A stretch of DNA of 64,000 nt from an uncultured Planctomycetaceae bacterium (lineage in GTDB: Bacteria; Planctomycetota; Planctomycetia; Pirellulales; PALSA-1355). A program made the translations under genes and the position numbers. The notes under the pieces are model-generated. The model had not been told where the DNA came from. It made no database searches and saw only the letters and a list, made by a program, of their open reading frames with translations. Every line of letters begins with the position of its first letter. Within the stretch, counting starts at the first letter, position 1. This document shows positions 24,909-34,619 of this stretch, in pieces. The stretch covers positions 128,001-192,000 of the forward strand of contig CAWAUV010000009.1 of assembly GCA_963785305.1 (NCBI GenBank), in the 5' to 3' direction.

Positions 24909-26206
24909 ATGGCAAACGTTAGAAACCACGCTTTCAAGATCGCGGCGACTCTTTTACTTGTCGCCGGCTATGCGGCACTCACTTCGGCGATGCAGCGTGA
25001 CCGCGAGGTCGCGAGCACGGAACAGGCGGCCGGGCAATTGGCCGACGACTCGGGGCGATCGACCGAAATCGCGAAAGAAAACTCGATTGTGGCCAGCAAC
25101 CGTTACATGGTCGGTTGGTTGATCGTGGGCGGCGCGTCGCTTTTGATCTTGCTGGGCGACCCCAGGAAATACTTCGCTCCGGCGGCCATGCTTACGCTTG
25201 TCACTTTCACCGGCTGCTACCGGCCTTTCGAGCCGGTGAAGCTCGAAACGATCGGGCCCAGCGAGATCGCGTTTTTGTTGCCCTATCAGGGCGACGCCCG
25301 AAAGCAAACCTCGTCGGAAAATGAAGCGTACAGCGAGGAGAATCTCGTCTACACGAAGCAAGTGAAGATTCCGCAGCAGTGGATTCCCAAAGGCTACGAA
25401 ACCTTCGGCCCCAACGGCATCTGGCAAGACGCCGCCGAACTGATTCGCGTGGACATGGCGCCGGTCACTCGCGAGTGGACCGCCGACCCGAACAGCGGCA
25501 CGAGCAACAAGAACGAAGCGGTTTGGGTGATGACCTCCGATCAGGTCGAGTTCTCGACCGGTTGGACCTGCACGGCGCGGATCGTGGGCCGCGACGACGC
25601 CGTGAAGTTTTTGCACAATTATCCCAACGGCTCCCTGCAAAAGGTCATGGACATGGAGGTGCGCTCGAAGCTGCAATCGGCCTTTGGCCTCGAAGTGACC
25701 GATCTGCCGATGGAAACATTGCGCAAGGCGGCCACTCCGCACATCGTGAATGTGTCCAAGGAGATCACCGAGTTCTTCAAGCCGCGCGGGATCACGATCA
25801 CGAATCTCGGCATCACGGGCGGCTTCGTCTACAAGGACAAGACAATCCTCGACACCATGGTCAAGGTGTTCAACGCCGAGCAGGAGAAAGCCATCGCCAG
25901 CGCCGAGACGCGGCCCAGGAGGAGCGAAACAAGAAGGTGATTCTCGAAGCCACGGGCAAGGCCGACGCGCTGCTGAAAACCAAGGAAGCCGAAGCGGCCG
26001 GCATCAAGCTGGTCGCCGACGCCAAGCTGTATGAACTCGAACAAGCCAAGGGTCAACTCGAAGCGTATATCTCGCTCAAGCAACTCGAATTGCAAAAGGA
26101 GCTGCTGACTCGCTGGGACGGCGCCTACCCGCGGAACTACATGAGCTCCTCCGGCGCGAGCCCCAGCCTGCTGCTGCAACTTCCGCCGCTCGATGCGACA
26201 AAGTAG
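24909..26206 (+). CDS. SPFH/band-7 (prohibitin-like) membrane protein (frameshift near 25910)
   Basis: N-terminal TM segments; VMTSDQVEFSTGW, FKPRGITITNLGITGGF; coiled-coil tail AEAAGIKL..LLTRWDG in ORF 25379..26206. Confidence 0.75.
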
Positions 26207-26710
26207 CGGAGTGAATGGCGGTTACTCCCGCCCCGGGCCTGCGTAGTGCCCCACGCAAGCCTGAAGCGCCAGCGAAGGAATATGGTGAGCTATCGGCTTA
26301 AACGCCGTGCGGACCGTCGCTTGCGGTTCAGGCTTGTTTTCGACAAACCCGTCAAGACGGGTTTGAGCCCGCACGAGTCGTCTGAAGCGATTTCAAGAGC
26401 GCCCCCACATGCCCATGACCACTGTAGCCGAAATAAGGGCCGATCGGCTTGATCGCGTCGAACGAAAGTACCGTCTCACCGGCCAACTGGTCGGGATCGG
26501 CGGCGAAATCGATCGTCACGAATTGCTGGAGCTCCCCGGATTTTTCGGGCCAACGGAATCACAAGCGTTTGCTCGCCTTTCCTTCACTGCCTAGATAGTC
26601 CAGGCAGCGCACCCATAACCGCGTCGGCGGCGGCGCCAGAAACAGCTTGCCCGCTGGCAAGCAAGCTCTCCAGTTGACCGCCCGCCGAGTCCAACAACCA
26701 TCCCCAGCGA

Positions 26711-26758
26711 AATCAATGAGGCCTGACCCCTTAGAATTTGCTGACCCCTTAGAATTTG
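26711..26758 (+). repeat. Left cassette boundary site (28 bp) with tandem duplication of its 18-bp core
   Basis: aatcaatgaggcctgaccccttagaatt (26711-26738); ctgaccccttagaatttg occurs at 26723-26740 and 26741-26758. Confidence 0.85.
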
Positions 26759-26759
26759 C

Positions 26760-28721
26760 GTGAACACGTACGCGTACGACAAACTCAACGAAATGACGCA
26801 AGTGTCGCAAGCCGCGGGCACGGCCACATCGAGCCAAACCGGCGCGAACGCCGTTGCCGCGAAGAAGGTCGATTTCGGCTACGACGCCAACGGCGATCTC
26901 ACCTCGCTCGCGCGCTACGCCGCTCCATCGACCAACCCGACCGGCGCGGCCACGCAACTCGTGGCGAACACAAGCTACGGCTACGACAACGCCGAGCGGC
27001 TCACGTCGATCGGCAACACGAACGCCAGCGGCGCCGCGATCGATAATTTTAATTATGCGTACAATCCGCTGAACGAAGTCACGACATTTACTTCGTCGGT
27101 GGATGGAACCACGACCTACGGATACGACCCCGCCGGCCAGCTCACTTCGGCGGATTATCCATCCTCGGGGTCGATCGCCAGCGAGCAGTTCAGCTACGAC
27201 GCGAACGGCAACCGCACCAGCGTGACGACGACGCCCACGACCGGCTCGGCAACGACCGCGACATCGACCACGGGCGCCGACAACGAGCTCGTCACCGATG
27301 GAACGTACGACTATCAATACGACGCCAACGGCAACATGGTCGAACAAACGACCATCGCCACTGGCGCCTACACAATTTACGCGTACAACAACGCGAATGA
27401 AATGACATCGGCCGTCGCGTACTCCGCCGCCGGCGCTGTTCAAAGCACGACCACGTACCAATACGACGCGCTCGGCCGGTTGATTGCCGAAACGGAAGTC
27501 GACTCCACCGGCGCGGCCGTCATCGATGAGCATCTCGTCTATGACGGCAGCCAAGTCGTCATGCAGTTCAACGGCAGCGGCCAATTGACCGATCGCTATC
27601 TCGCAGCCGTCGATCAGGTTCTTGCGGATGAGCAATACACAACGCCCACTGCGGCGCCCACTTCGCCCGGCAACATTATCTGGCCAATCGACGACGCCCA
27701 AGGCACGGATCACGACCTCATCGACTCGACCGGCGTCGTGCTCGACCACATCACATACGGCGGCTTCGGCAACATCCAATCCCAAACCAACGCCGCCGGG
27801 GTCGATTACCTCTTCGGCTACACCGGATTCCTGCAAGACCCGGCAACGGGCGCTCGGGAAAGCGAAATCCGCGGTTACTTGCCACAAGATGGCATCTGGA
27901 ACCAACAAGACCCGATCGGTTTTGGGGGAGGACAAACGAATCTGAGCGAATATGTCGGAAATGATCCGACCAATGGAATTGATCCGACCGGCACGATCGG
28001 CACGCATAACCAGGGTTCCTTCCGTCCGGGGCCGCCCATCAGGCACCTTGGCGCAGAAATTGGGGGCGAGTACTTGTCACGCGCCGCCGCTGGCGCTTTC
28101 GTTTTGCCTCAAATCGTCACGGGCATCGATAACTTTTCCGGACATTATCACGACTTCCCGGATGATGGCAGCGTAGAGAATGCGAGCATTCAAGCTCGGC
28201 GAGAGTTCTTGGTGAAATATGCGTTATCGCACAGCGCAAAGCTCGATGGTCAATGGTGGCGTTTAACACTGGATTCTTGGACAAGCACGGAGCCTTACTC
28301 AAGTCGATTTAATATTCCGGTGGACCGTTCGTTTTCGACACTCAACAACGCATCGTTTTGGCTTGGAGGATACAACGATTTTCAAGGCAAAGGACAATAC
28401 AGCATTCGAATAACTTGTCGGCCTGGCACCTCAAAAGGCTACGACGTCTCTGTGGGTAATCTTAATATGAAATGGAGATGGGTAGACGACATTGATGCTC
28501 ATTCATTTGTTGAAGCATTAAACAACGATGAGTTTAAGAACGATGGATGGGTCGCTGCCGGTATCGAAGCGTCCATAGGTGACCTTATCGGCGACAAGCT
28601 GCTCAACGGGGATTTCTTAATTCATGTCACGTTTTCGCAGACTATTAAGCCAGCAACGAAATATGCGTTTATATTTAATCTTGGCGGAAAACTGAATGTT
28701 GCTGCACCTACGTCGCAATGA
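26760..28721 (+). CDS. Orphan (N-truncated) Rhs/YD-repeat protein with Rhs core and about 240-aa C-terminal putative toxin domain
   Basis: Many YD repeats, core FGYTG...QQDPIGF..NLSEYVGNDPTNGIDPTG (ends 27992), then lower-GC unique tip; starts abruptly at GTG inside a repeat. Confidence 0.92.
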   Translation: MNTYAYDKLNEMTQVSQAAGTATSSQTGANAVAAKKVDFGYDANGDLTSLARYAAPSTNPTGAATQLVANTSYGYDNAERLTSIGNTNASGAAIDNFNYAYNPLNEVTTFTSSVDGTTTYGYDPAGQLTSADYPSSGSIASEQFSYDANGNRTSVTTTPTTGSATTATSTTGADNELVTDGTYDYQYDANGNMVEQTTIATGAYTIYAYNNANEMTSAVAYSAAGAVQSTTTYQYDALGRLIAETEVDSTGAAVIDEHLVYDGSQVVMQFNGSGQLTDRYLAAVDQVLADEQYTTPTAAPTSPGNIIWPIDDAQGTDHDLIDSTGVVLDHITYGGFGNIQSQTNAAGVDYLFGYTGFLQDPATGARESEIRGYLPQDGIWNQQDPIGFGGGQTNLSEYVGNDPTNGIDPTGTIGTHNQGSFRPGPPIRHLGAEIGGEYLSRAAAGAFVLPQIVTGIDNFSGHYHDFPDDGSVENASIQARREFLVKYALSHSAKLDGQWWRLTLDSWTSTEPYSSRFNIPVDRSFSTLNNASFWLGGYNDFQGKGQYSIRITCRPGTSKGYDVSVGNLNMKWRWVDDIDAHSFVEALNNDEFKNDGWVAAGIEASIGDLIGDKLLNGDFLIHVTFSQTIKPATKYAFIFNLGGKLNVAAPTSQ

Positions 28722-28764
28722 AGCATTAGGAATTGGTTAAATAATCCACCGTCCACTGATTGCC

Positions 28765-29202
28765 ATGAATGTACCGCGGACCCGACAAAAACATCGCATT
28801 TATTTCGTTGCGATCTTGCTATCGTTATTAATCGTCGTCGCGCTGAACGATACGAGAATCGTAGAAAAGCGTCGGTTGATTTTGAATCGAGTCTCGTCCG
28901 AAGGTGGCGAATATAAGGTTTACAAAGTAGGGTCTGATGCTTGGGAGCGCATTAGGGGAAGCTACCCGTGGCACCTTTCTTACGTTGGCGGCGAACCGAT
29001 CGAGGATATTCGCTTAAATGGTGCCACAACGGACCGAGATGAGTATGAAACGGTTCAACGGATGTTCCCGGAAGCTATCGTCTGGTTTAAGGGATCGGAG
29101 CCCGCTTGGCGAGGAACATTTGCGGTGAGAGATCCTGTCCCTCCCGAAGACCCGTTGTCCCTCCCGAAAACCTCATCGGAGGAGAGTGACGACGCCGAGT
29201 AG
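28765..29202 (+). CDS. Putative cognate immunity protein (single N-terminal TM)
   Basis: Low-GC 145-aa ORF 43 bp after the Rhs tip; TM IYFVAILLSLLIVVAL. Confidence 0.65.
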   Translation: MNVPRTRQKHRIYFVAILLSLLIVVALNDTRIVEKRRLILNRVSSEGGEYKVYKVGSDAWERIRGSYPWHLSYVGGEPIEDIRLNGATTDRDEYETVQRMFPEAIVWFKGSEPAWRGTFAVRDPVPPEDPLSLPKTSSEESDDAE

Positions 29203-29269
29203 GGTCGATTTCGTGGTTTCGGTTCGGCGGAGTTCAAGAAGAAAGCAGTGGCGTTGGCGGAAAAACAAG

Positions 29270-29446
29270 AGCCCGACGACGACCACCACTTACGACGGCG
29301 ACGGCAATGTTCTTTCGGTGACCGATCCCGACGGCAACACGGTCGAATATGTGTATAATGCGCTCGGCCAGCAGACCGAAACCATCGAGCCCAACGCATC
29401 GACGTGAGAGGCGGGCGACGGGCCGACGACGACCTATACCTATGGA
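29270..29446 (+). pseudogene. Rhs YD-repeat fragment
   Basis: SPTTTTTYDGDGNVLSVTDPDGNTVEYVYNALGQQTETIEPNAST*EAGDGPTTTYTY, ending at the right boundary site. Confidence 0.85.
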
Positions 29447-29447
29447 G

Positions 29448-29464
29448 AATTCTAAGGGGTCAGG
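29448..29464 (-). repeat. Right cassette boundary site, 5' part (completed by 31401-31411 after intron removal)
   Basis: aattctaaggggtcagg + actcattgttt matches the reverse complement of 26711-26738 at 26/28 positions. Confidence 0.85.
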
Positions 29465-31400
29465 GTGCGCCGGCGCGAAGCCGGAGGAGAGTAGCGAATG
29501 AAAGAGTCGCACGAGGCAAGGCCTAGCCAGCCACCTCGGCCTCGAGTGATGCGTCGTGTCGGGCAACTGGCAGGGCGAAGCGTTCACAGAGGCACGGCCG
29601 GGCGGTGTATCGAGCTCCGAAAACATTCTTCTGCGGTGGCCGACCTTGTCCTGACCCCGTCGCTCGATACATGCGGGAAGGCAACAGTGATGTCGAACGA
29701 TCATGGCGAGTCCGACGTCTCCCCCACGGAGTCTGAGACCACCCGCACGGCCGGAAACTTTTCTCGCGGAAGCCGGGAGATCCCGGGAACATCCGCTTCG
29801 CTTGAAGCGGATCGGTCGGAGAAGGCGCGAGGCCACAAGTCCGACATGCACGTTCCCGGGAAGTCAGACAGTTCCATAGTACCAAAGAAGCAGGCGAACA
29901 ACGATGGCGTGCCGCTGTCGGCGGAGCCCGTGGAGGGAAGGGAGCTGACCGAGGAGAACGCCGAGCAGTCGCTACTGGACCGGACACAGCGCCGGGCTCC
30001 CAGGTTGCGCGGACTGCTGGGCGTGCGAGAAGCGGCACAACGCGACAAGAAGATGCGGTTCAACAATCTGCTGAACCATGTCACGCCCGAACTGCTGGTG
30101 GCGAGTTTCTTCGACCTGAAGAAGCAAGCCGCGCCCGGCGTCGATGGCCTGACATGGGCTCAATACGCCACCGATTTCGAAACGCGGATCGACGATCCGC
30201 ACAGTCGAATCCATCGGGGAGCCTATCGAGCCAGGCCGTCCAAGCGAACTTGGATTCCCAAGCTCGACGGCAAGCCGCGGCCCCTCGGGATCGCGGCGCT
30301 GGAGGACAAGATCGTCCAGCAAGCCGTACGGACGATCCTGGAGTGCATCTACGAAGAGGACTTTCTGGGTTTCAGTTACGGCTTTCGTCCTGGACGAAGC
30401 TGTCACCGAGCCTTGGACGCGCTCTACGTGGGCATCAAGAAGCGGAAAGTGAACTGGATTTTGGATGCGGACATCCGCGGCTTCTTCGACAACATCGACC
30501 ACGCATGGTTGATGAAGTTCCTGGAGCATCGGATCGCCGACCGACGACTGCTTCGGCTGCTGAAGAAATGGCTTCGAGCCGGAGTGTCGGAAGATGGCGA
30601 ATGGTCCCCGAGCACCGTGGGAACACCTCAAGGAGCGGTGATTTCGCCGCTCTATTCGAACGTGTTCTTGCACTATGTTCTGGACCTGTGGCTGGTGGCG
30701 TGGCGGAAACGCCATGCCGTGGGCGAGGTCATCATCGTGCGCTATGCGGACGATTTCGTAGTCGGATTCCGCGAGGAGTCCGACGCGCGACGCTGCCTGG
30801 CGGCGCTCCGGGAACGCTTCACCAAATTCGGTTTGGAACCGCACCCGGAGAAGACGCGGCTGATCGAGTTCGGACGCTATGCGGCCGAACGACGATCGAA
30901 GCGTGGCGATGGCCCACCGGAGACATTCGACTTCCTGGGCTTCACCCACATCAGTGGCGTGACCCGGAAGGGCGAATTCACCATTCGCCGCATCTCATCG
31001 GCCAAGAAGTTTCGTGGCAAACTGCGCGAACTGAAAGAAGCGCTGCGCGGGAAAATGCACATGGACTTGGCGCAAGTCGGGCCATGGCTATCGAGCGTTT
31101 ACCGGGGATGGCTCAATTACCATGCGATTCCCGGCAACTCGGTGCGATTGCAACAATTCCGCACGGCGCTCCAGAAACTCTGGCTCCGCATGCTGCGGCG
31201 ACGCAGCCAACGCGGACGCCGGATGACCTGGCGGAAGTTCTCGCAGCTTTGCAAACGATGGCTTCCCACCCCGAAAATCCTGCATCCTTATCCCGAAGTG
31301 CGGTTTGGTCGTTTGTATCCAAGGTAGGAGCCGTATGCGGTAGTTCCGCACGTACGGATCTGTGCGGGGGGTGGCCCGAAAGGGCCATCCCTACCGCGAT
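29465..31400 (+). mobile_element. Group II intron (bacterial IIB, class D/E-like) with intron-encoded RT
   Basis: 5' end GTGCG at 29465; domain V gagccgtatgcggtagttccgcacgtacggatc and domain VI ending ...ccctaccgcgAT at 31400; flanks rejoin to rebuild the 28-bp site. Confidence 0.93.
29846..31327 (+). CDS. ltrA: Group II intron reverse transcriptase/maturase, no En domain
   Basis: AAPGVDG, RPLGI, FSYGFRPGR, WILDADIRGFFD, GTPQGAVISP, RYADDF, FDFLGF, X domain GWLNYH. The ORF is open from 29498; start MHVPGKSD at 29846 is inferred. Confidence 0.95.
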   Translation: MHVPGKSDSSIVPKKQANNDGVPLSAEPVEGRELTEENAEQSLLDRTQRRAPRLRGLLGVREAAQRDKKMRFNNLLNHVTPELLVASFFDLKKQAAPGVDGLTWAQYATDFETRIDDPHSRIHRGAYRARPSKRTWIPKLDGKPRPLGIAALEDKIVQQAVRTILECIYEEDFLGFSYGFRPGRSCHRALDALYVGIKKRKVNWILDADIRGFFDNIDHAWLMKFLEHRIADRRLLRLLKKWLRAGVSEDGEWSPSTVGTPQGAVISPLYSNVFLHYVLDLWLVAWRKRHAVGEVIIVRYADDFVVGFREESDARRCLAALRERFTKFGLEPHPEKTRLIEFGRYAAERRSKRGDGPPETFDFLGFTHISGVTRKGEFTIRRISSAKKFRGKLRELKEALRGKMHMDLAQVGPWLSSVYRGWLNYHAIPGNSVRLQQFRTALQKLWLRMLRRRSQRGRRMTWRKFSQLCKRWLPTPKILHPYPEVRFGRLYPR

Positions 31401-31549
31401 ACTCATTGTTTGGTATAGGGTCGGGAGCCGTATCGGGAAAATGCACTTGCGGACGGCCGCGAGGTCGTAGGGTCGAGGTCAGCCGCAGGCGCCTTGCCGT
31501 CGCTTCGGTCCAAGTCGGCTCGCCGAACGGAGACCCTCGCCGCGCCGCG
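31401..31549 (-). pseudogene. 3' remnant of a RAYT-like (Y1/HUH) transposase
   Basis: RRGSPFGEPTWTEATARRLRLTSTLRPRGRP resembles the C-terminal tail of planctomycete REP-associated tyrosine transposases; with the intron removed it ends PNNES* with the TGA inside the boundary site. Confidence 0.65.
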
Positions 31550-31579
31550 CGGCATGCCCACGCTTGCGTGGGCATGCCG
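31550..31579. repeat. REP-like palindrome
   Basis: cggcatgcccacgc-tt-gcgtgggcatgccg, perfect 14-bp stem; same family at about 44516-44600. Confidence 0.85.
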
Positions 31580-31609
31580 TCAATGGTTGGACTCCAGCGT
31601 AAACCCGGT

Positions 31610-31962
31610 CGATTTTGTCCACCCGGTCCTTCAAGGCGTAAACTCGTTTGAGCACCCGCGGCGAGCTGCCGCGCGCGCTCGCCGCCGGGCCAGCCTTGTC
31701 GAGTTGCTCTCGCTTCCAGCGATATAGCAAATTCACGCTCGACAGCCCGAGCCGCTCGGCCACGGAGGCCGCCGAATGCCCATCCAGCAGCATTGCTCCG
31801 CTTCACTCTTGAAGCCCTCGTCGAACGCCCGCCACGACCGCGGCCCCGGCGTCGCCGGGGCAGGCTTGACGGAACGAACTCGTTTCTTGCTCATCCAGGC
31901 TCTCCTCTCCTGGACGCCCATTCTAAGTTGTCCGCCTTGTCCGTCAAATCGTCAGCACCTCA
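31610..31962 (-). mobile_element. Truncated IS3-family element (left end plus orfA fragment)
   Basis: TG-initiated end TGAGGTGCTGACGATTTGACGGACA; orfA HTH FDEGFKSEA..MLLDGHSAASVAERLGLSSVNLLYRWK; no orfB. Confidence 0.75.
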
Positions 31963-32455
31963 GCCACCAAACCGCTCACACCAAGCCGCTCGCCCGCTGC
32001 GGCGTAAAATCGGCTGCCACTTCTTTCCTTGATTTCCTAAATATCCCAGAGTTCCACTTGGCGCCTATTCTGCAAAGCGGCATATGGGCGCGCAGGCGCA
32101 AAATTATTTTGCCCCAGAGTATTGACTTTGGCCATCCAGGCGATCATTTTGTCGTTGTGTGCGAAATAAAATCTATTGCGTGCAATGGAAAATCGGCCGA
32201 AGCCGATCGGTCTCCAACCCAGGGCAAGCGCATCAAATTCCGCGGAGTATCCGGTCTCGAGCAGACAACGTCGCCCGCCAGCGACGACAAAAGGTGGTAC
32301 ACCGAGGAGTCGGCAATTGTTTTCTGGCCGGAGGCATTGCGGATTCGAGATAACTGATTCTTCCGTTACCGAAGGCATTGTTCGACGAAAAATCGCGTTT
32401 TGGGCAGAGCATGCTCTCGCCGACGCTTCGGGTTGTGATCGGATGGGGTTTGGCC

Positions 32456-32541
32456 TTAAGGGCCTATCCGAGAACGTCCGCGAGCCCTCGCCCTACCCTC
32501 TACCCAAAGGGAGCTGGGGGAGTTGTCGGATAGGCTCTTAA
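32456..32541. mobile_element. About 86-bp MITE-like element (family copy 1)
   Basis: Terminal IR ttaagggcctatccgagaac / gttgtcggataggctcttaa (18/20), TTAA at both ends. Confidence 0.75.
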
Positions 32542-32756
32542 CCCGAACACGTCGGCAAGGGCTTCCGCGATCCCGCCCAGCACAATACGCCTTGGCGTCG
32601 CCCGCGCTTACAAACGGAAGAGCCAGATCACGTGTGCGCGGATTCACGCTTCAATGCGATTCCGGGCCAAGAGAACGGTAATTGCTCGAGGCTACAATGG
32701 ATATTTCAAATAAACGATACGATCAACGAACGATCCGATCAGGGTAATGAAATCAC

Positions 32757-34514
32757 ATGAATCCTAGCCCCAGCATCACGCTCGTCTGTTTCGCCTTTTT
32801 CGCGGGAGCGACTCTGGTTCAATCGGCGGAGCCGCCCAAAGTCGCGGGGCGTCAGACCCGAACCATCGAAGGCTGGTCCGTGCTCATCAGCGACGAATTG
32901 TTGGAAAAGGAGAAGGCCGGGACCGAGCGGGCGTTGGAACTGCTGACTGTTCAGCTTCAAGAGATCGCGCGCGTTGTTCCCGCGGAGGCCGTCGCGGAAC
33001 TGCGCAATGTGCGGCTCTGGTTTTCTCCCGAGTATCCGGGCGTGCGACCGATCGCCGAATATCACCCCGACGCCGACTGGTTGCGCGCGAACCACCGCGA
33101 CCCGGCGATGGCCAAAGGCGTCGAATTCACGAACGTGCGAGTGTTCGAGCGTGAAACCAAACGGATGCCGAATTTCGCGTTGCACGAGCTGGCCCACGCC
33201 TATCACGACCAGTTCCTCCCGCAAGGCTTCGACAACGAAAAAATCAAAGCCGCGTTCGAGAAAGCCAAGGCGCGCGGCGGCTACGAACAGGTCGAGCAAC
33301 GTTTCGGCGACGGTCGCTCGGCCCAGGTCCGTGCCTATGCCATGACGAATCCGATGGAATACTTCGCCGAATGCAGCGAGGCGTTTTTTTCGACCAACGA
33401 CTTTTTTCCGTTCACTCGCGAGCAACTCGCCCAGCACGACCCGGAAATCCTCGAGCTGCTCGGCAAACTCTGGGCGCGGGCCGCCGACCCGGCGCCGGGG
33501 GAAAAATTCGATTCGAATCCCAAACACCAGTTGCCGCGGCCAGACGACAAGCCAGCCGACCTGAAGAAGCCGGTGAAGGTGTTCATCCTGTTGGGACAGT
33601 CCAACATGCTTGGCATGGGCGAAGTCGGCCCGGAGTCAACCAAGGGCACGCTGGCCTATCTGACGAAAACCGAAAAACGATATCCCCATCTGATCGATGA
33701 TTCCGGCAACTGGACCACGCGCGCCGACGTTCGACACGTCTTCGTGATGCAACTGCGCGGTAACATGCGGATCGAGAAAAACGAATGGCTGACCGTCGGC
33801 GGCAAGACGATTGGACCCGAACTGCAATTCGGCCATGTGATGGGTTATGTCTTGGACGAACCCGTCATTGTGCTCAAGGCGTGCGTCGGCAACCGCAGTC
33901 TGGGCTGGGATCTTCTGCCCCCCGGCAGCGAGCGGTTCACTTTCGAAGGCAAGACCTACGCTGGTTACAAGGACGACACTCCGTCGTGGGTCGAAGGCGA
34001 GGAAAAGAAGCCGGTCCCGTGGTATGCCGGCAAACAGTACGATGACGATGTGCGCAACGCCAAAACGGTTCTCGGCGAGCTTGGCAAGTATTATCCCGGC
34101 GCCGAAACCCATGAGATCGCTGGCTTTGTCTGGTGGCAGGGGCACAAGGATCAGAATCCGGCCCATGCCAGCCGCTACGAACAAAACCTGGTTCGCCTGA
34201 TCAAAACGCTGCGAGAAGACTTCCAGGCGCCACAAGCTCCCTTCGTGCTGGCCACCATTGGGTTTGATGGCTGGAAACTGGCCGGCCCGGGACTGACGAT
34301 CGCCAATGCCCAACTCGCGGTCGGCGACCCCAAGAAACACCCGGAGTTCGCGGGCAACGTGAAGTGCGTCGAGTCTCGGAATTTTTGGAGAGAGGTCGAT
34401 GTGTCTCCGAAGAATCAAGGCTATCACTACAACCGCAACGCCGAGACCTACCTCGAGGTTGGCAACTCGCTGGGCTGGGCCATGGCGGAGCTGCTGAAAA
34501 AATCGCCGCATTAG
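32757..34514 (+). CDS. Secreted zinc-metallopeptidase-like domain fused to sialate O-acetylesterase (SASA, SGNH) domain
   Basis: Signal peptide; HELAHAYH and NPMEYFAE; then VFILLGQSNM, GPELQFG, GFVWWQG, GYHYN. Confidence 0.85.
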   Translation: MNPSPSITLVCFAFFAGATLVQSAEPPKVAGRQTRTIEGWSVLISDELLEKEKAGTERALELLTVQLQEIARVVPAEAVAELRNVRLWFSPEYPGVRPIAEYHPDADWLRANHRDPAMAKGVEFTNVRVFERETKRMPNFALHELAHAYHDQFLPQGFDNEKIKAAFEKAKARGGYEQVEQRFGDGRSAQVRAYAMTNPMEYFAECSEAFFSTNDFFPFTREQLAQHDPEILELLGKLWARAADPAPGEKFDSNPKHQLPRPDDKPADLKKPVKVFILLGQSNMLGMGEVGPESTKGTLAYLTKTEKRYPHLIDDSGNWTTRADVRHVFVMQLRGNMRIEKNEWLTVGGKTIGPELQFGHVMGYVLDEPVIVLKACVGNRSLGWDLLPPGSERFTFEGKTYAGYKDDTPSWVEGEEKKPVPWYAGKQYDDDVRNAKTVLGELGKYYPGAETHEIAGFVWWQGHKDQNPAHASRYEQNLVRLIKTLREDFQAPQAPFVLATIGFDGWKLAGPGLTIANAQLAVGDPKKHPEFAGNVKCVESRNFWREVDVSPKNQGYHYNRNAETYLEVGNSLGWAMAELLKKSPH

Positions 34515-34596
34515 AGCCTAACCGGCAACTCCCTCCTCTCCTTGTTTGGAAGAGGGGAGGGTGAAGGGCTCACCGAAGTTCTCGGATAGACTCTCA
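34511..34596. mobile_element. MITE-like element (family copy 2, opposite orientation)
   Basis: ttagagcctaaccggcaactcc...gttctcggatagactctca aligns with the reverse complement of 32456-32541. Confidence 0.7.
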
Positions 34597-34619
34597 AAAC
34601 CCGCCAAGGGGGCCCCCGC

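Noticed and set aside
29465..31400. RT as part of a DGR, retron or CRISPR-RT system
   Set aside because: Canonical intron ends, domains V/VI and a maturase X domain are present; no TR/VR pair with adenine-specific differences was seen.
32037..32378. 113-aa low-GC ORF next to the IS3 remnant
   Set aside because: No recognisable motif or convincing start; cannot be supported as a gene.
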